A stretch of DNA of 52,859 nt, filler included, from Sphacelaria rigidula (GCA_964200075.2; 3 parts of 3 records of this genome joined end to end with filler, not necessarily neighbours in it); one strand, 5' to 3'; counted from the first letter of the whole stretch, positions 34,785-48,600 are shown. Numbers and translations: made by a program. The notes: generated by a model from the sequence alone, not told the origin.

Positions 34785-35066
34785 ACCAAATAGCCGATGT
34801 CGTGCTTCTTGAAGACACGCTCTGTCCGGGTCATGAGCTGCTCCGGCTCCAGCCTCTTCATTTACTGGTATGTGGCCAGCGCCACCCGTTTCTTGATCCG
34901 GCCGCTTGGTGTCGGTGCCCATTTTACGTTTTCCGTCGGCACCTTGAAGTGCCGAATTCCCAGATCCGCCTGCACGTCGGCGGCATCGACACCGACTTGC
35001 CGCGGTCTATCGGCGTTGGCCTCTTTCGTGTCCTGCAACGGGCTTTTCCATCCTTCCGGCATGCCA
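34785..35066 (-). pseudogene. Exon-like coding fragment interrupted by an ACACTTT element
   Basis: GMPEGWKSPLQDTKEANAD...RVALATYQ*MKRLEPEQLMTRTERVFKKHDIGYL has one internal stop and is followed by a GT. No domain recognised. Confidence 0.35.
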
Positions 35067-35207
35067 ACACTTTCTACGATAGCCCCCCCCCCGAAACCAG
35101 CTAAAAGTGTAACGAAAAAAATGGCCATAAAGCGTCTGATGTTCGAGTTCAGGCTGCATGAAGCGCCTCATCTTGGCGACACTGGCTAGAACGAACCCAA
35201 GCGTGGG
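35067..35207 (+). mobile_element. ACACTTT-family MITE, truncated by the contig end
   Basis: Near-colinear with 26538-26677. Confidence 0.85.
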
Positions 35208-35307
35208 NNNNNNNNNNNNNNNNNNNNNNNNNNNNNNNNNNNNNNNNNNNNTTAATTAATTAANNNNNNNNNNNNNNNNNNNNNNNNNNNNNNNNNNNNN
35301 NNNNNNN
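35208..35307. other. Artificial assembly linker N44-TTAATTAATTAA-N44
   Basis: Exactly 100 bp, identical to 17555-17654. Confidence 0.97.
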
Positions 35308-36341
35308 CGGGTTCTCATCCTCAATCAATAGCACCATCCTCAATATAGATGATTGGCTGTTTTTTGCACATACTCTAATTACCCCCCCCTACGGTGTGAT
35401 AGGGATGACATGGGTATATACATCAAAATTTTATAAATGCCACCTTTTAAATATATTATAATACCATCACCCATCCTGTATGTAAATGTTCACCACCCAC
35501 CATCACATTATTATTATTATTTAGTACTATTAATATACATCACTGTTGAATAAATGCTTATTTTCTCTGGACAGGGGGGGGGAAAGCACCCCAGATCCGA
35601 CGCGGCAAGCTTACTTGTCATCATTGCAGAGGGGGTTCCGGCAAATAATGATACCCCGCACAGCCTGGCAGGGGACGATCTTCCAGCACCTATAATATCA
35701 TGTATATATCCATCAAGGGAGCATGTCGGGGTCGGTGTAGGCTGGATTCTGTGTTCGGGAAGAATCATCGATGTTGTGTGCGGGAGCGGGAAGAATTTCC
35801 CCAGAAGATGTTTATTCGTACGAGTTTTATTATGATGGTTGCAGTTTCTGGAAACGTCGGGGCGTTTTTTTCACCTTTCCCATTTCACATGATATATGCT
35901 GTATGAACACTAAATAGCGCAGCCTACGGTATATTAATGTCGTGACAAAGTTCACGGCGAGCGGTGGATGGAGGTGTTGCACTATTATTATTGCGCTTCA
36001 AAAGGACATAGAGTGTACGACGCACCACCATCATCTGTGATAATATCAGTACTCGATCCATTGTACATTGAGAAGCATTATTGGTATCGTGCTGTTGTTG
36101 TAATAAAGAGTTTCGGAAACTAGGTTTGTCGTGGGATTGGTTCTGGAGGCGTTCGCGACTTGCACGCTCTTATTTGCGTACCCCACCTGCAAATAGGTCT
36201 AGCCTAGAAGTACAGTACCGTAATATTTTCGCTCTGCTGCTGCTGTGGGATGAACGACGAGCGAATGGATACATACACACCACCACCTCTCTCTGCTGCG
36301 TTGTATTAGTAGTACAACATGGTGCTGTCGTTCATATTTAA

Positions 36342-36646
36342 CAATGTTTCGTGAGATTGAGAGCAGAGGATACGATTGAGAGTGAAAATCAGTCAATTAG
36401 TGAATGAATCGTTTCTGTCCCGAAATTCCCCTCCGCGAGGCCCGATATACTCATGTGGTATAGCTCGCCACTGAGCTGAGGCCCTTGATATCCCTGGGTA
36501 GGATATCGACGTGTAGCTGTGAGCACTAAGCACACGCCAGTGATGGAGGCAAAGAGAATCACACACGGAATGAGAAATTGGCCAAGTTAGAGCGAATGAT
36601 CAAAGCCATTCTCAATCAGCGCTCTACTCTCAAGCTCACGAAAACG
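36342..36646. mobile_element. hAT-like MITE
   Basis: TIRs gtttcgtgagattgagagcagag and ctctactctcaagctcacgaaaac. Homolog of 30641-30914. Confidence 0.7.
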
Positions 36647-37945
36647 GAGAAGATCTCTTACTCATTCTTGTACCGAGTTCGGTGCCGCCTGTACATTTTT
36701 CTGGTTTGATTCATTCCACCATACCGCCGACGGTGGCCCCCCAAACCGACCGCACTGAACAGGACCGAGCAGATGCAGACCTTGGTGTATGTGTTACATG
36801 CTACATGAGAGTATGCGCAGTCCATCATCGCAGTCATGAGCAGCATTATCATATACGATTCCATTTGAGTGCATCACTTGTATTATCATGTCTGTGAATA
36901 AGATTACTATTTCTGTGGTTTGGTGAAAAGTGTACCACCACAAGTAGAAGGGGAGCTCTTGGCTGCTCGTGGAAAGCGGCAGAAGAAGAGAGTACCCCAT
37001 CTGCACAAACACACAGCTAGTCATGCGTAACAGCAACGGCGCGCTTCATAGTACCTCAAACAAATTCCCTGGGTTTTCAGGCCCATCCCCGCAGCGCATG
37101 CAGGATACACCGACCCTATATATACAGATAACCCATTCAACATGTTTCAGAAGAAAATTCTGGGGAATGTGGAACATGACATAAAATACGGATCCCCTAT
37201 CCCCTGTCAAACATCCGCTTAGGCAGTTATGAGAAGCTGAGTGTTCATAAATATAAGATTTTTTTAATATAATATGAAACAGTAAAGTGACCAATATATT
37301 TCAGATCATGTCGATAGTTGAAAACCAGCGTCACCGACCTTGCTGTTGGAGGCGTTGGCAGGAAAGCGGCTCTTGCTGTTTTTACTGACTGTTGCGTTGT
37401 CTGCGCGTTGGCAGTGGGACATCGGGGACATATAGGGCAGACTTTGGGGAGTCGCAGGCGTTCTATACTGGCGAGGACAAAGCGTGGATAGGCTGCAGCA
37501 GTTGGGGGCTACGAAGTTCCTTTCGATAGCGTAAAAAGCCGATCTAGAAAACCGCCCGTCTGTTATTTCGTGTTGTTTGCATCATCGAGAAACATTACAG
37601 TACCAGAATTACCCAGTGCATCAAATAAAATCAAAAAGGGCAAAGTGAGTTACGAAGAAGGGCGCAACGGGCTGTACTGACTGCACGCTTCGAGAGCTGC
37701 CTCAGGGCGAGCGGGTCTCGGAGGTAAGGCAATCATCACGAGGGTAGACGAGATGGCCGCGGTGGGAGCGCTCCCGCCAGGAGGCCATTTTTCTGGAGAA
37801 AAACGACCGAGCGAACGGTGAGCTGCTGGCAACATTTTCAACTGTAGTGTACTGGACTGCATCTCAAAATTGCTCTTCTCTGCGTGCTGTCTGAGGGAGA
37901 TGTTTTCGGTAATGTTTTTTTAGCCGAAATGATATCAACCCGCAG

Positions 37946-38143
37946 GGCAGGTCAGCGTGCCGTTGACTATGCCTCCGGTGATGATGACGTGTGCCTGGAT
38001 GGGTTGTGTTGGGTCGAGGCTTGGCAGTATCGAGAAGACGGTGCTGGCTTCTCGCCCGTGGAGGGAAAAAGCGGCACCTTCAAACTGTACATGCCGAAAC
38101 GGAAAAAACAACCCGTTGACCTTGTGTACCGGCAGTATATACG
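37946..38143 (+). CDS. Internal exon of the polyQ-rich hypothetical protein
   Basis: cgcag| acceptor and cg|gtacag donor, phase-2 compatible with the 38523 exon. Encodes AGQRAVDYASGDDDVC...VDLVYRQYIR. Confidence 0.65.
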
Positions 38144-38522
38144 GTACAGAAAGTACTCTCAGAATTGGACTGTTTTTACGTTTGTACATGATGTGCGGTC
38201 CTTTCTTGCACCGTCTGTACTAATTACACTGTTCTAGACACAACCGTCAGTCACTGCCCAACATTTTTGGCGAACCTTCTCTCCTTCACGTATGTATAGG
38301 TACAAGTGCACCGTTTCCGCTTACGGTACGAAGAAGCCAGTTTTTTGTTTGCTTCCCGCGATCAGAGAGAGACTCGGATATCGTGAGGCGCACTAAACAT
38401 TGTATGTCTCATCACGCTCATGGTGTGCGAGGTTTACCTTACGTCGGCTGCGTCTGTCATTTTTCGTTCTTCACGTCATCCGTTCCCACCGCTTTGGTGC
38501 TTTTTGCTCTCACTTGAAACAG

Positions 38523-39644
38523 GCGACCTCAGTATCGACAAGACCCGCCATCATCTCAGGAAAGAAGTGATTCCGCGGCCCGCAGGTCGGACTTCAGTGT
38601 CAACAGCAGCCGTTCGACACCTCAACGTCGCGCCTCGTGGCAATCCCAAGGCTCGGTGTCAGGAACAGACGGAACCAGCATAGGTGGGGCAGTTGGGAAT
38701 GGAGCAGAGCGGGCCGGGGGAAGCGGCCATCCTCAAGCAAGTCTAGAAGAACGCTTTCGTGCCGTAAACATCGGAGACGAAAATCGGCATTGGGTCCGTC
38801 TCGAACACTTCGCTCCCTCCCAGCAACAGCAACAACAGGGTGTGCCGGCGTTCGCACTACGTCGAGCAGAGCCTGTTCCGCGTGTGTTACCGGAGCAGGT
38901 GCCTGGACTCCGCGAAGGTGGTAGCGGTTCCGGCAATACCAGTGGTGCTAACGGGGTTCCCGCCCGAGCGTACAGGCAGAGTACCGGTGTGGCAACCGCG
39001 ATCGAGGGTCTGTGGCCGCCTGTAGTAGGAGTGATCCCGCCGCCAAGGACTGTTGCAGCAGCATCAACTACAGCTCCACCAACCCCTACCCCAGCCACCG
39101 TTGCCACCACAGCCATTTCTGGCGTCGGCCCGGCAGTCAGTGCCAGCAGCAACGACGTGCCCTCCCCGGTAGCTCGCGTTCCACCTTCTCCGACGTGTGA
39201 AGGGTGGGGCGAGCCGATGCTTGCCCCGCCTGTCCTTTCGGGATTGTCCGCGTCAGTGTCTGAGGGTGATTTTCGGCGACTTCGAGGCACCAAGGAACAG
39301 CTTCGGGAAGCTTCCCCACGGATTGTTAACGCGGGCCTCGCCGGCAGCGCAGGCAATCAGCCGAGCGGAAAATCGCCTTCACGTTTACCTCCGTCCCCTT
39401 CGGTTCCCCGCGGGCGCCCGCGGAATGAAAACTGGGAGCGCTCAGGGAGGGCATTGACCCCACCACCCCCACCAATGCCACCGCAGCAGCACCAGCAGCA
39501 ACAAGGAGCGCACCATGTGCATGTTCGAGTACGCCCCAACTACGCTGCCTGGGACGGGGGTGCACACATGCCGCAGCAGCAACAGCACTCGCTGTCACCC
39601 CCTCGGCAACAGCAACAGCAGCAGCAACAACAGCACCAAATGCA

Positions 39645-39726
<82 letters not shown>

Positions 39727-39918
39727 CGCCCTCGGCAGCAGGCGGGCGTACCGTGGGAAGCCTTGTACTGGCGGCAACTCGTGTCGCAAGGAGGAGGGGC
39801 TCAAGCAGTGCACCAACGTCCTCTGCATGTAGTTCTCAGCCCCGCGGAGCACCAGCAGCTTTTGCACCTTCATGCGCAGCACCGTCGAGAGCTGCAGCAG
39901 CACCATCAACAGCAGCAG

Positions 39919-39951
<33 letters not shown>

Positions 39952-40018
39952 AAACACTCACATCACCAACAGCAGCAGCAGCAGCACACGCCTCCGCCGC
40001 CTTCACCCGCTCAGCAAA

Positions 40019-40051
<33 letters not shown>

Positions 40052-40702
40052 GGGAACATCAACATCACCATCATCAGCAGCAACGCGAGCAGCAGCAACA
40101 TCAGCAGCAGCGGGGACGGCCAATAGGGGATCACGGCAGGAATGGGCCGCTTCAGTCGGGATCAGGGCGGCGGTTGACGCCTCCCCCACCCCAAGAGCGC
40201 GCTCGGCAACCTTTGAGCCCCACTCCGAGTCCGACCCCGAACACGATGAGCAGATCTGCCGGCACCGGTGGTGCCGGCACCGTTTCCGCTGTCACGGGAG
40301 GAGAATGGCGACACCAGGTTAACAACGGCGCCCAGCAACATCAGCAGCAACAGCAAAGCCCGGCGCGGTCGATTCACGCACAGCAGCAGTATTACGCACC
40401 CGCGCCGGGGAGTGGAGCTGGAAACGGGAACAGCGTTGCGGTCTCCGTTGTCGGACACCCAGCGTTCCATCACCACCCAGAGGCGGGCGGGCCCCACGCT
40501 CTGCATGTTGGCTTGCCGGCCGGGGTGGGAGTGCCGACGGGCAGCGTTCCGATTTTGTCGTTGGTGTCGCCTACACTCTTCGCCCCCACGTACGCGTTTT
40601 TGACGCAGTTTTCCGTACCGGGAAGGGGCGTCGGCGGTACTGTTGCCGGAGCCAACGGTACGGGTGGCGGCGTCGGCAACGGCACTATTAACGGGGTTTC
40701 AG
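38523..40702 (+). CDS. Large exon: Gln/His/Pro-rich low-complexity protein
   Basis: A 2.18-kb open frame containing the 696-aa ORF, with an aaacag| acceptor and tcag|gtgagg donor, phase-1 compatible with the next exon. Confidence 0.85.
39607..40110. repeat. Coding (CAG/CAA)n tracts (polyQ)
   Basis: Several mixed CAG/CAA runs, including a pure (CAA)n run at ~39679-39726. Confidence 0.9.
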
Positions 40703-41617
40703 GTGAGGTCAGAGGTTTTGGTGTTTTACGGTCAGTTCTTGTCTGACTTTTCGAGCGCCCTCGAAAGCGCGCGCGTTATGTTGCGGCGATAAAACTGTGG
40801 TCACAGGGTAGACACCCCCAACATACAGGAAACACGCACTGAAGGAAACTGGGGAACAGGAAATTAAGTGAAACACTCGTCGTTTAAATTTGGTTGGCCC
40901 GGGACTGCGGAATCTTTCGTAGCCCGATTTTCCTCGAAATAGACGCAACTGAACAACCGTGCACGGAACATGACTGTTCTTGACCTCGCCGCGACAGCAG
41001 AGTAATTAGGTTGCGCGCCGAGCCCACTCCCCCCCCTCCTCCGTCCATACGCCTTCAGAAAGCACTTGAAGTTCTAAGCACACCACCCGCACCAAAATTT
41101 CGAAAGCGAAAACATTGCTTGCTGCTCAGCCGCATAAAACGTCGACAAGAGTTGAGATGCAGTATGGAACAAGCGCCCACAGGCAACGCTATGACTCACT
41201 AAAATGAGAACGAAACCGAAACACCGGGATCTGTACCGTACACATCCTCGAAAGAAGCTTCAGCGCTTGCTTCCGATGCTGCAGGGTATCTGAAAAACAC
41301 ATCAGAGCATCCGCGAGTTACAGGGCAGCCACGGAAACTTCCCACGGGTATGTTCCCGATGAGGGTAGTCGCGAACCATTCGGGTCATGATGAGACCGTG
41401 ATCCGTGAAGAACTAAAGTAGATTTTTGGCATTTGAAATGAATCGAACAGCAAGCCGAGGCGCTTCTCCATGCAAGCCGTTCTAATGCCAACTGGTTGAC
41501 GTTAAGTTCCCGGGGGTTCAAAATATCCCTAGTTGTGGCGGAAGATATCGCGAAACATGCCGGGGGAGAGTGGCTCGATTGCAACTTTACACTGTGGGAT
41601 ATAGGTTTTGTTACTGC

Positions 41618-41730
41618 AAAAAAAAACTCCCGTGTTGGCCTTCCTCCTCTGTGATACCGGCTGGTGCGCCCACACATACCGAAAGGTGTAGACCGGCGTC
41701 CAGAATAAATGGGACGACGACAATACACAC
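41618..41730 (+). mobile_element. SINE family A, 3' fragment in an intron
   Basis: ctcccgtgttggccttcctcctctgtgataccggctggtgcgcccacacataccgaaaggtgtagaccggcgtccagaat...acacac. Confidence 0.75.
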
Positions 41731-42505
41731 TGTCGATGGTTCCGCACAGCCGGCTGGACGACCAACTCGTTCGGTATGTTTTCTCAGACCCGTGCCTGTT
41801 GCTTGTTTTCGATCGGAGAACTGCGATTAACATGATCCTTACACTGGAATAATGAACTCGAGTACTTTCAGTGGGATTTCTTCGCCGCCTATAGCTTTTC
41901 TACGGAGTGAAGACTGTTCGAAGGTTGACCATCATTGCTCCATGGCTAGGGCCATAACTTTTTCCCTTCAACTCATGACGCGAGTGCTCACACGTGAGAT
42001 GAGTTTCGACCACTCATCGTCTGAAGAAAAACGCGTGTTTGCAGGGGGTATATGCTTACATACCAAGACCTAATAGGATTTTTGAGATCATCCTCTGGAA
42101 AATGACCTTGCTGTCAGCGTGTTGATGCCATGGCGTAATCCGGATCTACACACGGCTTGGAGGACATGAGTTTATCAGCACTCGAGTGATGAAAACCCTG
42201 ATTTTGCGATATATTTTGCTTTGCTGTCAAGGGATTTATGTTGGCCAGTGTTCGCCGTGTTTCAGGCGTAACGGCGTCGTTACTGAGTGTGTCATGCACG
42301 GTACTGCAGGAAAAGTGCACTCCTTTAAACCAGATATGGAGTAGGAAAACTAGTATTCCCCGCGGTAGTTTGATCGTGTGCTTTTTTCAGTGTGTACCCC
42401 ACTCTCGCATTTCGAGTACGTGGGCGCTCCTGAATACATTACACCTGGGCTCTTGGTCTCCCTATTTATGCCTAGATTCAATTCTTGACTGTCCTTGTCG
42501 TGCAG

Positions 42506-43611
42506 GCGAGGGCAAATCCACCGGCGGCCAACGAGGTGGCGAGCGCGGCGGCAACGACCGCGACCGTGAACGCGCCGACTTACGTGGCAACCACTTAGCC
42601 GCACATGGCCGTATCCCATTACACGAATCATCGATGCCTATAGAGCAACAGCAACAGCCTCGAGCACGGTTGCGCAAACAAGCCCCCACGGGGCTCGTGG
42701 TCCTCGCAACCGCACCCGGCGCTATGCCCGACAACCGCGACCAAGTTATCGCGCGGGCACGCGAGATGGAGCGACAAAGACGGCTTGAAGGGCGCACGAC
42801 GTGCTATACATCGGAACCGGTACCAGAGATCCATGGCGTGACGGTAGCTAGCCCCGCCGCCGATCTCGTTGGCCAATTCAAAGACATTTCGCGCCGCAAG
42901 CTCGACGGCAGCAGCGACGAGGTGGACATGATGGTCGGGTGGGGTCCCGCACCGCCGCGGGGCGTCGTGGACGCGGACAGTTGTTGGCCGTTGCCGAGGG
43001 TGGTCGGCCGCAGGAGCAGCAGTGGCGGCGATCGGAGCGATACCCGCAGCGATCGCAGCGACAGCGGAGGGGGGCGCACCCCCACCGACGACGGCAATGG
43101 AACTCCCACGGCGAGCCTGACCGGCGCGGTGTCAAGCGTGGCGCGGTCGGACGGCGACGGCTGGGGCGTCATCTCTTCGTCCGTGTCACCTTCGCCGTCA
43201 TCTTCGTCGTCTTGCGGGGAGGGGAGTATCCGAGGCAGCCGTGGCAGTCGTGGCGGCAGGAGGGGAAGCAGCTGCTGGGGCGAGGGTACCATCTGCGAGA
43301 GCGCTGCGATTTGCAGCGCCAGCGTCAGTGCGATGAGCGGCAGTGCAACCGGAAGTGCTAGTGGAAGCGCGAGCGGAGACGTTGATGGGGATCGGTCGTT
43401 GTCGGGGGAGGAGCCGCCATGGTGTGAAGAGCTGGCGAGCAGCATTGGGGTGGTAACGGATTTAGTGTTGCCTTCGCCGATGTCTCGAGCGGGAGGGTTT
43501 GGGCCCCCGAGGCGAGGGAGGGGTTATATGAAGGAGAGCAGGTGGGGTGTTGATGTTGGTGGGGATGATGATGATGACGAAGAGGAGCGGGAGATGGATG
43601 CTGCGCTCGAG
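42506..43611 (+). CDS. Ser/Gly-rich exon of the same hypothetical protein
   Basis: gtgcag| acceptor, in frame with the 544-aa ORF. Donor ctcgag|gtgcgt (phase 0). Confidence 0.8.
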
Positions 43612-45539
43612 GTGCGTCCTGCTGGTGGTCTTTGTGAGAATGGGACGGGAGAGGTTATTGCTGTTAAGGGAGGAGTATCTGTATCTAAGGACGGTAGCTC
43701 AACTGAATTCGGTCTTTTAATAATTTCCCCTGAAAAGTGCCGCAGGTCACATTTGTCGGTCAAAGTTTTGTTCTTGTGTTCGTTTCATTTGTGTGAACAC
43801 CAGCCTTCGCGAGATTTGTGGCTACTTCCACGCGCTTCGGTTTTAGTGGACACGCCGGCCCTTAATGATTGAATGATCTGTAGGCTGCTACAATGCACTC
43901 TGATGCGTCATGTAGCCTGCTGAACCTTGATATCCCAGACCATGCGGAACGAGTGGTTACGCAACCAAAGTGTGTGTGGGCCAGCACATGTGACCGATAA
44001 ACGCTCCCCGAGGACATATATGGTGTCTGCTGCCTCGTATTCCGTGCTCTGTATTGTGTGCAATTGCAAACAGCGATGGACAAGACGAGTTCGCGTGGTG
44101 ACAGATAGTATCGATTAACGATTGCAGCGTACGGTGATGAAGCTGTGGTCATTGCGTGCTTGCTTTTCATGACTTCTTCGATGAGCTCGATTTAGCCCTG
44201 CGTGATGGATTGATGCAAAATATCTACCTGGCTCAGAATCAGAAGGCATTGAACCTCTCCTTAGCTCTGCAGTGCAATCGAAAGAGTCGGTACCTTGATA
44301 TGAAGTGTACCAGCAAGTGCTTATAGTTCATGATCTTCGAACCGTTTTTTTTTTTTCCAATGCTACAACCGTCGGTACGCTCAACCTAGGTGCTCAAAGT
44401 CTCTCAAGAACCAACACAGGAGCTGAAGTTTTGTAAAGGCGCCTTTCGTTTTTCCGTCTCAACATGAAGTGTCGGTGACGACGAATGAGCTCAACCCTTT
44501 CGACCTCCAAGATGTCCATGTCTTGGCGAGGGGATTCGTGAAAGCAATAGTCAAGACATGACGTAGTGAGTGAAAGGTCTGACGAGACAGCTGGTGAAAG
44601 GGATACCCACCGCTCGTTACCGACAGATGGCCGAGCTAGGCGCTGTATTATCAAATTTTGGGCTACGAGAAACTGCGATGGGACAAAGAACGATGCTGTG
44701 AGAGGTCCACGTCATTTCTGCTCTTGGATGCCTTCACCAAATTATTTTTCATTCTGCACGCGTGACCGGAATGCGATAAATGAAAATTCTTGGCTTTTTC
44801 CGCTAGAAAACGCAGTGCGCGCAATCACATGCCGGTAAATAAGTCTGTGTTTTGTCACATGGTTATCGTGCGTCGAAACATGTGCTCAACATTACAAGGC
44901 ATGCCCTGTCAACTACACTCACGCTAGACTACTGACACCTTCAGACGTGAAGTAGCCCTCAGTTCACTGCAGTATCGGGCTATGCTTGTTGGTGTCGTTG
45001 ACGCGATCGTGGCCGAGTAACTTGAACATGTGTAACAGTTTGCTGCTTCGTTTTCCCACCAAACCTTGAGTTTGACTGACGCAGTTGTCTGACAACAGGC
45101 AACGCTGCTTTATTTTCACAGCCTAGTGAAACAAAACCATACAAATAATTAATCAGATGATGGAGATACACGCTATGGGCTATCGAGCCTCGTATCGATC
45201 GCCATGTATCTCGTGATGACCGTGTGAACAACGCCGAGATGAGGGGTGATATCCGCCGTGGTACGAAACGTGCACCTCCGTTTGTTGCTGCGCTCGGTGA
45301 AGTTTATGTGGACTCAAAATGAGTGACAGGGAGGAGAGTCAACTAAGCCGCACTTTTCCCGCTATCCTTTTTTCTGACCAAAGACAACCCCTGACGGAAT
45401 GTATGTCGAACATTGACGTCACGTCTCCCTTTCCCCTCTCCCCACAATTGCCTCTTGCCCTCTTTTGGTGCGCCGTGCTTTGCTGTGTGGTCCGTTTCTT
45501 CTTTCGCGTTCTCGTCGTTTGATTTGACGCCACCCACAG

Positions 45540-45622
45540 CGCATGTACAAGATTGGACGAGAGCAGCTCCACAGGCACGATAACAAGAGCGCGAAGGCAC
45601 GCCAGCGCGTCACGGAGAATTG
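45540..45622 (+). CDS. Probable downstream exon (RMYKIGREQLHRHDNKSAKARQRVTENW)
   Basis: Pyrimidine tract plus cacag|, phase-0 join to ...MDAALE. The donor position is uncertain. Confidence 0.55.
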
Positions 45623-48600
45623 GTTAGCGTCCCGCACACCCCAACAACGAACCGAATACCGCAGCCGAAGGCAGCGGTGACTGAAAAAGACGACCATGGA
45701 TAGTGTCACCCGGTTGGGGGATGGGGGAGGGGCAGGGGGTGACAAACCTCCGCTAAAAGCAGCCGCGAGTGTCCGCCTGACAAGCTTCCGTTTCCCGTCA
45801 TGATCCACCCCGGAAAATGCCGCGTCCCATGACGTTCATTGTGGGCGCTGTCGGTGGTGGCCTACACAGCACTCATGCGCCCGGCTCGAAAAAGCTTCCC
45901 CAGGGCTTCGGAGAGAAACGTGCACCTGCAAAGCTTGACCACTGGTATCCTGGGCATTTTTAGAAGGAAACGACCCGGAAGGGGGCGGGATAGGTGTGCA
46001 GCGTGGTTGTGCTCGCTGCCTGAAGCAGGCTGCTTGAGCTGCTTGACTGCAGTTGTTGTTTTTGTTGCCCTAGCGCATCGCGGGGGGAGCGAAGGGAGGG
46101 AGGGGATGGACCAAGCTCGGGAAGCAATCCAGGGTCGGCCGTTTCGGTGGGAACCGAAAGAAACGAGCCAAAATGGCGGGCGGCGTTTGTTTGCTGGCTG
46201 CAGTGGCTGGTAGTACCAAAGGTTGTGGCGGGGAGGGAGATAAAGCGGTGCGACCCCATTGCACTGCGAGTTTGTGTCTTCGGATTGTGTTGTCATTTTG
46301 TCATTTTGCAAGTATGGGAGCTGGCTTTTGTACCTTTCGGTTCTGTGTAAAGTCTGAAATACCAATGTCGATGCGCGGACGGGAGCTTGGGGCGGATCGG
46401 GACGGGGCGGGGGCTCGATTGAAGTTGGGCAGGCACTTGACAAAGGAAAAAAAAAAATCGAAGTGGGCGTGCGTGTGTTTGCTACTGTTTTCTATTTGTC
46501 GAGTGTGATTCATGACCTCGCTGTTAACGTGCTTGCAGTGTAGACTCAACGGTCGTTACACATTGCTTTTTCGGGCTGCACGCATCATCCCTATTCCCCC
46601 CCCCCCCCCCCCCCCCCCCCCCCGCACAACGGAAGGAAGGACAAAAACCCCCGGAGGGCGACAAGGGGGGGCGGGGGCGGGGGGGGGGGATTGAGGAAGT
46701 TCCGAGCCCGTTTCGATTAATGTTATATAGCCAGGTAGCCTGAATGTACTTGTAGAACAAGAGGAGAATTCCCCCACAACGCGAATTTAGGTGTGTAATG
46801 ACTCGTGTGGGGCATTTTTGGCTTTGGGTGGGCCATGTTTAGGTTAGAAAGACGAACGAAGTATTAATTTATTTTCCGACGTATGATGAATGTTGAATCG
46901 GTGGGCCGGTGATGTTGGCCACCCGATAGGGTACATGTCTTCGCAAACAACGGGCATTCGCTTTTCATGAATAAACAGTGATCTTGGGAGGGTGTCGAAT
47001 GCATCATTGCAGATGTGTATGTTCTGTGAAAGTGCTGTTTTCGTGACTTGAGTCGCGTGGCTGGCGATGGGAGGGGGGGAGGGGGGAAGGGGTAGCGAAG
47101 GGTGGGACAATTTACGGGATGCTGTGTTTTTTTCTGTGTGCGTGTGTGCGTGTGTGTGCTCTTCTTTATTCCGTTTTTCTTTTTTTTTTGTACTGAAATA
47201 TCAAATATAAAGGGGGGAGTATGTTGTTGCTTTTGTTTTTGCAGGTTAAACTGCTCCTTACCTCTCTTTTCTTCTCTCTCTCGTGTGCGAAGAACGACTT
47301 CTTTTGGTGTTCGCTACCTCTCCGCCCCGCTGACCGCGATAATATCGCTCGTGTGTCGGAATCATCGACAGTGGAGATTGATGTTCAGTCGGGGGCGGGG
47401 ATTGGAGAGGCGGGCGTGTGTTGTGTGTTGAGTGTGTGAGGTTTGCTTCGTTTGTTGAGTCGAGTTTTGCTTTTGTGGGGCCGGAACGCGAAAACGGGCA
47501 TCATGATGCGGAGGGGGAAAGGAATGCCACCCGCGCGCAATGCTGGGCTCTCACAGCAGAGCAGCGCAGAGCGAAGTAGCATTGCGCCGGCTTGTTTTGT
47601 TTTCGTCATTTGTTCTATTCGAACTACCACTGTGCTTACCGTAGATCTTGAGAGCTAGCGGCTGGAGCTATAGTTGCGTCCGTCCCACCCTGTCATGGGG
47701 TGCGTCGCGCGCGCATGGCTTCCTGTGTTGTCTGATGTCACGTTCATCTGTATGGGTACAGTACATGGGCACAGTACGATACGTGGATATTATACTGTTT
47801 TAATTCTAGCGACAGTGATGAGGTGTTGCGCCAGGTGAAAGTAAGGGAGGCTGTCCCGCCGACGCTGTATCTGTTGTATGTATCCACGCGTATCTCGCGA
47901 GCAACAGGGTGTATTTTGTTTCGGGAGCGGAGTGTAGTAGTAGTGGTACAGCGGAGGCCCAGCTGCCATTAGCTTTTCCCATCTCGTGGTGTCTGTTCGA
48001 GGACCACGGCCGTACGGTGCTTCATTCCCAACCGCTTGGTCATGATCCATTGATGATGGTTTTTCTGGGTGGCAGTATCGAGTGTGACTAGCTTTTAACG
48101 AAATCCAAGAAATATATCCGTTTGGGGGTATATACAGCACATTTTGTGGACGTGGCGTCTCTACTGTACTACTTACCCCCTGGCCCGTGTGTTTGTGTTC
48201 GTCCTCTCTGTGTCTGTGGTGTTGCTGTGTTTCGTCGGACGAAAGAGGGGAAGAGACAAGAAGCGCAAGTTTTCGCGTGTAATGATGGGAACAAAAAAAC
48301 GAAAATACGAGAAAAATGGTCTCCGGTGTGTGTGAGATGCCCGCCGATTGATTGGCTGGCACCGTGTCCTTAAATAGTCATTACTCACACGTCTATTTTT
48401 GTATCGTAGTGTGTAGAAGTTCGAGTTTTTGGAGAAAAAAAATGGGTGTCTGCTGTGTCTGTGTGTTTTTTGTTTTGATTCGTTTTTGGGTTGGGCCGCT
48501 TCGGGCCCCGCCCAAGCAAGAAAAATAAAACCAGGAGGAAAGCCACTCCCCCATCCCCTCATCCCCCCTCTGTTTTTTGCTTTTCGCCTGTTTCGTCATT

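Noticed and set aside
30641-36627. Inverted pair 30641-30914 / 36342-36627 as TIRs of a 6-kb element
   Set aside because: The copies lie on different contigs separated by an artificial linker, and each is a separate MITE copy.
38733-43763. Antisense and alternative-frame ORFs (poly-L, -A, -S, -N) over the polyQ gene
   Set aside because: They are shadows of GC-rich, CAG-repeat coding sequence.
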